From positions 1-61,703 of IMG/VR virus record IMGVR_UViG_3300028840_003357: a stretch of 61,703 nt of DNA. One strand, written 5' to 3'. The translations under genes and the position numbers were made by a program. Of this stretch, positions 54,645-61,703 are shown in pieces; within the stretch, counting starts at the first letter, position 1; each line of letters starts with the position of its first letter. The stretch is from a virus. Taxonomy: Duplodnaviria > Caudoviricetes. The notes under the pieces were generated by a model, which was not told the DNA's origin, did no database searches, and was given only the letters and a program-made list of their open reading frames with translations.

Positions 54645-55090
54645 ATCCTGTTTGCGAAGACATCAAAGACCTGTTAGTTGGAGAAGGCGTCGGGGTGTTC
54701 GCGTCGACGAAGCCGAACGAATGGAGCATTCAGGTTGGCGACGAACCTGACTCGCCAAGCAGGACGATAACGATCTACGACACGCCGAGCACCGCAGACA
54801 AGACTTTCGATTCAGACAGGCACTTCCACCATAGTTCTTTCCAGGTTCGAGTCAGAGGAAAGAAATATCTGTCGGCGCATGCCAAGTGCGAAGAATGCCG
54901 AAGGACGCTGGACAGGTACACGACGAAGGTCGATGGACCAAAGGTGGCCCTGTCCTTTGGCGACATGAGATACGACAACATAACGATGGACAACGAACCG
55001 TTGCCTCTCGGTCAGGATTCGAAAGGCAGGTTCATCTTCGTGGTGAACGGAACGGCATTCAGACAGAGAAAAGAATCATCTGAAGAATAG
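54641..55090 (+). CDS. Tail terminator (minor capsid 3-like)
   Basis: EPDSP...ITIYDT, FQVRVRG, LGQD..GR..F..N. Confidence 0.75.
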   Translation: MNPVCEDIKDLLVGEGVGVFASTKPNEWSIQVGDEPDSPSRTITIYDTPSTADKTFDSDRHFHHSSFQVRVRGKKYLSAHAKCEECRRTLDRYTTKVDGPKVALSFGDMRYDNITMDNEPLPLGQDSKGRFIFVVNGTAFRQRKESSEE

Positions 55091-55102
55091 AGAGGAGGAA
55101 GC

Positions 55103-55480
55103 ATGCCAAGGAAAGAGAAAGTGACTATCGAGGAGGTCAAGCTGAAGCTGTGGAAACATTGTTTTGAAGCAGGCTTCGAGATTGGTCCGCTGAACTGTCT
55201 GTATTCAAAGGCTCCTCAGACGGGCGACAGGATCAGGCTGAACTTCCGCGATCAGAAGGTTCTGAAGTTGGAGGTCAAGAGACCTCTGACCGATGAAGAG
55301 AAGAAAGAGGCGCCTGACAAGACTTCCAGGTGGGATGTCATGGAGAGCGGTGCCTATGAGAAGGTCGAGATCGGAGAATCCGGCGAGCTGATCTTTGACA
55401 AGAAGAAAAAAGCCGAGAAGGAAAAGCCGAAGGCGAAAAAGAAAGAGAAGCCTGAGGCAGAAGGAAAGGAGAGTGAATGA
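55103..55480 (+). CDS. Hypothetical protein
   Basis: GAGGAGG RBS; coupled to the tail tube gene. Confidence 0.6.
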   Translation: MPRKEKVTIEEVKLKLWKHCFEAGFEIGPLNCLYSKAPQTGDRIRLNFRDQKVLKLEVKRPLTDEEKKEAPDKTSRWDVMESGAYEKVEIGESGELIFDKKKKAEKEKPKAKKKEKPEAEGKESE

Positions 55481-55857
55481 TGTATATCGGAACAGGAACA
55501 ACTGTGTCATTCGGTGGCAGTCCGATCGGTGAGATCTTGGATGTGACACCTCCTGGCGTCAGCAGGGAGACAGTCCAGTCGTCGACGATGGGATCGGTCG
55601 ACGCCCACACGTTCCTCGGAACGAAGCTGTACGATGGTGGAGAGGTCTCGCTTGAGATCGCTCTCAATCCTACATCGTCGTGGGTGATCAGCAGTGGTGA
55701 TGCCGCGCAGGCCATGGTCATAACCTTCCCGGACAGTGGAAGTACGACCTGGGGATTCGACGCGATCGTCACTGGATACGAACCGGCGGATCCGCTGGAG
55801 GACAGGATGACTGCGACCCTGACTTTCAAGGTCACGGGCGCGATCACCATCACGTAG
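55477..55857 (+). CDS. Major tail tube protein (lambda gpV N-domain-like)
   Basis: G.GTT, I.E...V.PP..SRE, L.DGGEV, ITFPD, W.F.A.VTG, MTATLTFKVTG. Confidence 0.85.
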   Translation: MMYIGTGTTVSFGGSPIGEILDVTPPGVSRETVQSSTMGSVDAHTFLGTKLYDGGEVSLEIALNPTSSWVISSGDAAQAMVITFPDSGSTTWGFDAIVTGYEPADPLEDRMTATLTFKVTGAITIT

Positions 55858-55888
55858 AAACAGAAACACACAAACAGGAGGTCTAACC

Positions 55889-56350
55889 ATGACAACCAGA
55901 ACAATCCTAACCAGGGATTCAATCGTCAAAGCGAAGGATTACACAATCGAAGAGGTGGAGGTTCCAGAATGGGGAGGCGTCGTCAGGCTCCGTTCCTTGA
56001 CAGGAAAGGACAGAGACGAGTACGAATCTGCCATCGTGGACAGTTCCTCTTCGCCGGGTAAACCTGACGCACGCGTGGATATCCGCGGACTGAAAGCTCT
56101 GCTGCTTTCCATGGCGATCGTCGACGAGAACGACGAGAAGATGTTCGACAAGAAGGAGGTCGACATCCTGAATTCGAAATCGGCCAAGGTCATCGAGATG
56201 CTCTGGAACAAGGCGCAGGAGATGAACGGCATCGGAATCGAAGCTGTGGACAAAGCGGAAAAAAACTTGCAAGGCGACCGGAACGACAAGCCTGGTTCCG
56301 GCTCGCAAGAATCCTCGGAGGAAGAACAGTCGCCGAATGGCAAGAGGTGA
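55889..56350 (+). CDS. Tail assembly chaperone (gpG-like)
   Basis: EVEVPEWGG.V.LRSLTG..RD.YE; ends near AEKN at a slippery site. Confidence 0.85.
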   Translation: MTTRTILTRDSIVKAKDYTIEEVEVPEWGGVVRLRSLTGKDRDEYESAIVDSSSSPGKPDARVDIRGLKALLLSMAIVDENDEKMFDKKEVDILNSKSAKVIEMLWNKAQEMNGIGIEAVDKAEKNLQGDRNDKPGSGSQESSEEEQSPNGKR

Positions 56351-56652
56351 TGTCGGCAAAGGAGTTTGCAGAATGGTGCGTGTACGACAGAACGAATCCG
56401 GGCGATCCAGAGAGGAGCGATTTCAGGACCGCTCTCATCTGCATGACCATCGTCAACATGCTGAAGGGAAAGAAGGGACAGCGTGCGAAGATAGAGGATT
56501 TCATTCTGAAGTTCAAGCCGAAGCGAATACAGCCGAAGTCTCAGTCGGAGATAGCGATGAAGTTCAAAGCCTGGCTCATGGGATTGCCAAAGAACAAGGT
56601 GATTGACCTGAGGCATCTGCGCCCGAAGAGGAGGAAGGAGAAGAATGGCTGA
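56260..56652 (+). CDS. -1 frameshift extension of the tail chaperone (gpGT-like)
   Basis: Slippery A AAA AAC at 56260-56266; the -1 frame reads LARRPERQAWFRLARILGGRTVAEWQEVMSAKEFAEW... to stop 56652. Confidence 0.8.
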   Translation, partial: KKLARRPERQAWFRLARILGGRTVAEWQEVMSAKEFAEWCVYDRTNPGDPERSDFRTALICMTIVNMLKGKKGQRAKIEDFILKFKPKRIQPKSQSEIAMKFKAWLMGLPKNKVIDLRHLRPKRRKEKNG

Positions 56653-59071
56653 CAGAATCGTAACCTTCAGGTTGGTTGGAGACGTGACGCAGTTCAATGC
56701 GGCATGGACTTCGGCTTCAGCCACGATGACGAAGGTCGCCGCTCAGGCTCAGGCAGTCGGAAGAAAGATGAGCACGATGGGCACCAGGATGACCGTCGGC
56801 TTCACTCTTCCTGTTGTCGCCGCACTAGGTGGAGGCGTGAAAGCCTTCTCCAACTTCGACAAGGCGATGACAGAATCCCTGGCGATAATGAGCGGCGTCA
56901 CGAAGCAGATGGAAATGGAGATGAGATCTCTGGCCAAGACCCTGTCGACCGAAAGCACCTTCGCGGCAAAGGAATTGGCTCAGGCGTATTTCTTCCTCGC
57001 GTCCGCCGGCTTCAAGGCTGAACAATCTCTGAAGGTGCTTCCTGTCGTGACAAGATTCGCTCAGGCGGGCGCCTTCGATCTTTCAAGAGCGACTTCGCTC
57101 CTCGCCGGATCCGTGGCGGCGCTCGGTCTCAAGTCTGCCGATGCCGCCAAGACGATGGAGAATATGTCGGACATATCTGACCTGCTAGTTGGCGCCAACC
57201 AGCTCGCCGACGCCACGACGGAACAGTTTGCGACCGCGTTGACAAGAGCAGGTGGAGTGATGAGAGCCTTCGGCGTGGATGCCAAGCAGGGCATCGCGGT
57301 CCTCGCAGGATACGCGGAGATTCAGAGGAAGGCGGAAGTCGGTGGCGAAGCATTCGCAAGAGTCCTTCGGCTTCTGATTCCCGCCGCGATCAAGAACTCA
57401 GCTGAATACGAGAAGCTTGGCATCAGAGTCTTCGACGCAGGAGAGAACATCAGGAACTTCGCGGACATCCTTGGCGACATGGAATCTGCCTTCGCAACCA
57501 TGACTCCGAAGCAGAGATCCGCTTCGCTGGAGGCATTGGGATTCAAGAGGAGAATGCAGGGCGCCATCCTTCCGCTGATAGGGATGTCTGACAGGATCAA
57601 GGAGTTCGAAGGTCGTCTCGATAAGATGGGCGGAACGACGCAGAAGGTCCAGCAGAATCAGCTGAAGGCTTTCGCCAATCAGATGACGATAGTGAGGAAC
57701 AGGATCGTGAATGCCTTCGCGGTCATAGGTGAGACCGTGGCCCCCGCCGTACTTGAATTCGCAAAGGGTATAGCGAGGATGGTGGAAGGATTCAACAAGC
57801 TGAGTCCAGGCGTGAGAAAGTTCATTCTGAATGCCGTGATGATAGCGGCCGTCCTTGGACCTGTCCTGATGCTGGTCGGAAAGTTGATAATGACCTTCGG
57901 GACATTCGTTGCGATACTGAAGGTCATCGGAACCGGCATCGCTCTCTTCACCGCGAAGCAGATGGCGGCAACGGCCGCGACGACAGTCGACACGACAGCC
58001 AAGGCTGCCAACACGGTGGCGGCAAAGGCACAGGCGGCCGCCAATGGAGCTGTTAGTGCGGCTCAGGTCGCGGCGGCGAACGCGACGACGCAGAACACCG
58101 TTGCCACCACAGCCAACACCGCGGCGAAGAAAGCGAACGCGACCGCCTCTGCCATGAGTGGAAAGGCCACGGCATTCGCGATGGCGAAGTCGGTTGGAAT
58201 CCTCGCCGTGCTCGCGGCAGGTGCCGTCGCCTGGGGCGCTCTGGCGAAGTCCATCTGGGAAGCCAGGAAAGCTGAGAAGGCGAAGATCGAATCGGAGAAG
58301 GCTTGGGCGGCACAGCAGGCTGACATCAATGAGAAGTATGGATCGCTCGCCAACCTGAGACAGCTGAACAGGGAAAGGTCGGAGAGAAGTGCCGCGGCAG
58401 AGAAGCTGCTAGCCGACACCCTCAAGAGCGAGATACCGCTTCTGGAGAAGATCGAGGTTCTCACAGAGCTGTCTGGAAAGAAGGCTGAGGAGATAGGTGC
58501 GACGACGGTGGCGAAGATAGCAGAAGAGCTTGACCGTCTCCAGACTCAGGCGGAGGCCGTGGAAAAGGTTGCGACGAGACCTTTCGAACCAAGTGAAGAG
58601 GACATAGAGGCACAGAAGAGCTTTGAGAAGGCGCGCGAAAAGGCTCTCTTTGATCAGCTTCGTACGGAAAGCAAGATCAACTTCCTGATAGAGAAGCGGA
58701 AGCAGATTCAGGACGAGATAGCAAAGACTCAGGAGGGATCTGCGAAGTTCTTCAGGCTTCGCGAACAGGCTCTCGAGGCGGAGGTCGCCCTGAGAGATCT
58801 GGCTCAGGAACGTACGGAGGAGATCAAGGATCGCGCAGGAAAGCAAGCCGAACAGGCGAAGACTTTCGCCGGTGCCGTCGAAGCCGGAAGCGTGGAGGAC
58901 TATCGCCTGAGGATCCGCTCTGGAACGCGTGACGAAGGTCTGAAGGTTCAGAAGGATCAGAAAAAGCAGCTCGCGGATCTGAACAAGAAGGTGGCCAAAC
59001 AATTGGACGTCCTTCAGGAAGGATTCGCGGCGCAGCAGGACATCGAACTTGAATCGAGGAGTATCGTATGA
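56645..59071 (+). CDS. Tape measure protein
   Basis: 808-aa Ala-rich helical protein with TP901-type core (F.KAM...F.A.ELA.A..FLA.AG), central hydrophobic segments. Confidence 0.9.
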   Translation: MADRIVTFRLVGDVTQFNAAWTSASATMTKVAAQAQAVGRKMSTMGTRMTVGFTLPVVAALGGGVKAFSNFDKAMTESLAIMSGVTKQMEMEMRSLAKTLSTESTFAAKELAQAYFFLASAGFKAEQSLKVLPVVTRFAQAGAFDLSRATSLLAGSVAALGLKSADAAKTMENMSDISDLLVGANQLADATTEQFATALTRAGGVMRAFGVDAKQGIAVLAGYAEIQRKAEVGGEAFARVLRLLIPAAIKNSAEYEKLGIRVFDAGENIRNFADILGDMESAFATMTPKQRSASLEALGFKRRMQGAILPLIGMSDRIKEFEGRLDKMGGTTQKVQQNQLKAFANQMTIVRNRIVNAFAVIGETVAPAVLEFAKGIARMVEGFNKLSPGVRKFILNAVMIAAVLGPVLMLVGKLIMTFGTFVAILKVIGTGIALFTAKQMAATAATTVDTTAKAANTVAAKAQAAANGAVSAAQVAAANATTQNTVATTANTAAKKANATASAMSGKATAFAMAKSVGILAVLAAGAVAWGALAKSIWEARKAEKAKIESEKAWAAQQADINEKYGSLANLRQLNRERSERSAAAEKLLADTLKSEIPLLEKIEVLTELSGKKAEEIGATTVAKIAEELDRLQTQAEAVEKVATRPFEPSEEDIEAQKSFEKAREKALFDQLRTESKINFLIEKRKQIQDEIAKTQEGSAKFFRLREQALEAEVALRDLAQERTEEIKDRAGKQAEQAKTFAGAVEAGSVEDYRLRIRSGTRDEGLKVQKDQKKQLADLNKKVAKQLDVLQEGFAAQQDIELESRSIV

Positions 59072-60027
59072 GTGTGACATCCATGAACGAAAGATTTCAG
59101 GAACGAACCGCTCAGAAGGAGATGGGAAAAAAGACTGCGACTCGATCCTTCCAGGCGACGACCAACAACGTCAACGATGACGCCCTGACGGTGATAGACG
59201 AAGGCATCGCAAGCTGGGGGCTTCCGGACACGGGCGCCGATCATCCGAACGATCCAACTCTCTGGGCCACGAGCATAACGCCGAGACCTGAAGGCGACGC
59301 CTGGGGGATATGGCTGGTCGTCGTCAAGTATGAGCTGAAACCTTCGGACATCCCTCCAGGATCAGGAACGGATCCGTGGGACCTCGATCCCGTAATATCG
59401 TTCAGCTACAGTTCAAGACAGAAAGTCTTTGACAAGGCTTACTCTTACAACGAGACGATAGCGGCGGCTGGTGCGACCAGAGACGAACCGAAGGTCGACG
59501 TGGTGAACATGCCTTTCAAGCAGCCGTTCGATCCGCCGGCGATGATAGAGGATTACATAATGATCATTGCGATCCAGAGAAATATCATTGGAAGTGCCTT
59601 CAATCCGGATGACATACGGACGTATCAGAACACGATCAACAAGGAAGTGATCACTGTCGCTGGAATATCGCTTCCGGTGTTTACAGGATTCCTGAGAGAC
59701 TTCAAGGCACAGAAGAGATGGACCGACGATCAGATAGACTATTGGGCGGAGACGTTTGAGATTCTGGTGGATCCTCAGACGTGGATAAAGCGCATCTCGA
59801 ACATGGGTGTCTTTCAGGCTGTCGAAAGCGGAGGCACTCCGACCAGTCCCGGCAACCTGGTGAAATACAGGAAGAATCTTGACACCGATGGGGACGCGAT
59901 AAGAGATCCAATCAGGATTGGTCTGGCAGGAAAGCCGCTCGGCTTCGGAGATCCAAGCGTGTATCTTGAGTATCACGGAATCTGGGAACAGGATTGGGCG
60001 GGATTGAATCTGCCCGCGACGTACTAG
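59068..60027 (+). CDS. Tail protein (distal tail/hub candidate)
   Basis: Directly after the tape measure gene; GLP..G..HP.DP motif. Confidence 0.6.
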   Translation: MSVTSMNERFQERTAQKEMGKKTATRSFQATTNNVNDDALTVIDEGIASWGLPDTGADHPNDPTLWATSITPRPEGDAWGIWLVVVKYELKPSDIPPGSGTDPWDLDPVISFSYSSRQKVFDKAYSYNETIAAAGATRDEPKVDVVNMPFKQPFDPPAMIEDYIMIIAIQRNIIGSAFNPDDIRTYQNTINKEVITVAGISLPVFTGFLRDFKAQKRWTDDQIDYWAETFEILVDPQTWIKRISNMGVFQAVESGGTPTSPGNLVKYRKNLDTDGDAIRDPIRIGLAGKPLGFGDPSVYLEYHGIWEQDWAGLNLPATY

Positions 60028-60035
60028 GAGAAGAG

Positions 60036-61703
60036 ATGCCAAATGTAGTATTCGATGATCAGTCGGCACAGCGCATAGGCAATGTCGTCAGGGCCGTCGA
60101 AGGAATGGGGATGGTCACTCCTCAGTACAGGCGTCGTCGAGACTATGGTGCCGGAGGAAAGTTGAAGAGGAGCTTTCAGGTCAACAAGAAAGACTCTGAG
60201 ACGATCCTGATACGAGCCGGTGCCTGGAGAAGAGTTGGACCGACTTCGGTGAAGGCACTGGCACCTTTCGAGCTCGACACTGGCACCAGCGGCTTCTCCG
60301 ACGACCCGATAGATCAGCACGAGATTCCAATATCGGACTTCCTGTCAACTGGCGACGAGGCCGGGACATATTACGCTCTGGTGTATCTGGATAACGACGG
60401 AAGCGAACAGCACTGGGAACTCTTCCACACAGCCGAGCTGAAGTACACCTTCACGAAAGACTTTTCGACGTTCAGACCTGAGCCGGTGACGGCGACGTCA
60501 AGTCCCGACCCCGATCCTTTCGATCCGACAGGCGACGATCTCTGGAACGTCTACAGAGAGATCGCCATCATAGAGATCGTGGAGGAGGAGGGCGACTACG
60601 TTATCAACAGCATCAGTCAGCTGCATGAGGGAAACATCGACGACTTCATGATGATAACGGACACCGACTCGAAGTACAAGTACACAGACCTGTACGGAGG
60701 CCACAGAGCGACGATCGAGTACAACCCGGATGAGGATCCGTGGCACAAAGGAGTGCTCCAGCTGAGAAGGACGAACGACATCGGCGACTGGAGATGGGCC
60801 GTTCCGTACTTCAAGGCTGAGGACGAATCTACGGGCGGATTTCTACAGGGGGAACTCTACTGGGCGAACATAGATGCGAAGTGGCCCGAAGGCGACACCT
60901 CGAATCTGGAACCGTACTACAAATCGATCGACGTCTGGGGGTCATTTCCAGACGCAAGGCTGGAGATGTATGACTTCCACAATCAGTCTGCCACCAACGT
61001 TCAGGCATCCTATCACGGAGTGAGAGACGATCTCGGCGCCGGTTCGGACTTCCACGAGCTCTTCTGGCAACCTGCCGTGGCGCTCCACGAGTACTGGTAC
61101 GACACCGGAGAGGATTCTGTACCGCTGAGCCCGTACGGATCCAATTCACCTTGGAGCGGAGCGTCGTCTCCGTCGACAGGTTCTGGCGGTTCGGCTTATT
61201 TCATCTCGATCGTTAACGGATCGGTGACAGGTATGCCTGACACTGCGACGACAGGAGGATACCCGGTCGAAGGTCACCTCAGAATTGAGGGCTATCAGAT
61301 CTGGATCGGATCGGGGGCGCTCAGAGTACAGGATACAAGAACGACGATATTCGACGACGACTTTGGAGCCTGGATCAACTGGGAGAACGCGGATCCTCCT
61401 CATCTGTGGTACAAGCACACCGATCTTGACTTCACCGATAGCACGGCAGGCGCCGGAGGTCAGAACAAGGATCACGACTTCCGCTACTGGATCCAAGGAG
61501 ACAACTGGACGAGATCCCTCTACGGAGAGAGCATCGGCTACGGGGTCGGTACGATGGGAACCGGGGCCGGACCTACAGGCACAGGCAACGGGGCCGAGGG
61601 CATCCGCATCCACCTCGGGGAGTGTAGGCTGTATGAGAATGTGGACACGGGGTCCTCCTCCGAGTATTCAGTGGACTGGTATGAGCGCACCCTGTGGGGA
61701 AGG
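60036..61703 (+). CDS. Tail/baseplate or fibre protein (3' partial)
   Basis: AGGAG RBS, ATG 60036; start (MPNVVFDDQSAQRI...) and end (...SVDWYERTLWGR) are in the same frame; missing from the ORF track, consistent with no stop inside the window. Confidence 0.7.
   Translation, partial: MPNVVFDDQSAQRIGNVVRAVEGMGMVTPQYRRRRDYGAGGKLKRSFQVNKKDSETILIRAGAWRRVGPTSVKALAPFELDTGTSGFSDDPIDQHEIPISDFLSTGDEAGTYYALVYLDNDGSEQHWELFHTAELKYTFTKDFSTFRPEPVTATSSPDPDPFDPTGDDLWNVYREIAIIEIVEEEGDYVINSISQLHEGNIDDFMMITDTDSKYKYTDLYGGHRATIEYNPDEDPWHKGVLQLRRTNDIGDWRWAVPYFKAEDESTGGFLQGELYWANIDAKWPEGDTSNLEPYYKSIDVWGSFPDARLEMYDFHNQSATNVQASYHGVRDDLGAGSDFHELFWQPAVALHEYWYDTGEDSVPLSPYGSNSPWSGASSPSTGSGGSAYFISIVNGSVTGMPDTATTGGYPVEGHLRIEGYQIWIGSGALRVQDTRTTIFDDDFGAWINWENADPPHLWYKHTDLDFTDSTAGAGGQNKDHDFRYWIQGDNWTRSLYGESIGYGVGTMGTGAGPTGTGNGAEGIRIHLGECRLYENVDTGSSSEYSVDWYERTLWGR

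Noticed and set aside
1-61703. tRNA genes, CRISPR array, integrase, reverse transcriptase, inteins
   Set aside because: None recognised by eye; tRNAscan and HMM scans would be needed to exclude them formally

Overview
The window is most of the genome of a tailed dsDNA phage (siphovirus-like, long non-contractile tail). It has two oppositely transcribed arms. The + strand arm (40733-61703, apparently continuing at 1-3552) carries terminase, portal, a MuF protein with metallopeptidase and ADP-ribosyltransferase domains, protease/scaffold, HK97-fold capsid, neck, tail tube, a frameshifted tail chaperone, tape measure, tail proteins, a Cys-rich fibre-like protein and a putative lysis cassette. 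The - strand arm (3512-39856) carries early hypothetical genes, a Ycf46-like AAA module, a sigma-like factor, replication genes (SNF2 helicase, primase, initiator, DnaB, DnaE-UDG fusion), recombination genes (RecA, SSB, UvsY-like, split Rad50 plus Mre11, RuvC-like, flap nuclease) and an unusual nucleotide-modification cluster. No integrase, tRNA or CRISPR array was recognised. The strongest candidates for new biology are: (1) a base-modification locus with an MBD4-like glycosylase fused to a probably dCMP-type thymidylate-synthase domain, a divergent ThyX, an FAD-oxidoreductase/dUTPase-fold fusion, a radical SAM enzyme and a sulfotransferase; (2) a ~630-nt GNRA-rich structured RNA ahead of the early genes; (3) a second tail-tube paralog at the end of the replication arm; (4) tandem UAACCA-loop hairpins after major structural genes. 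All protein calls come from motif recognition by eye, not from database searches.
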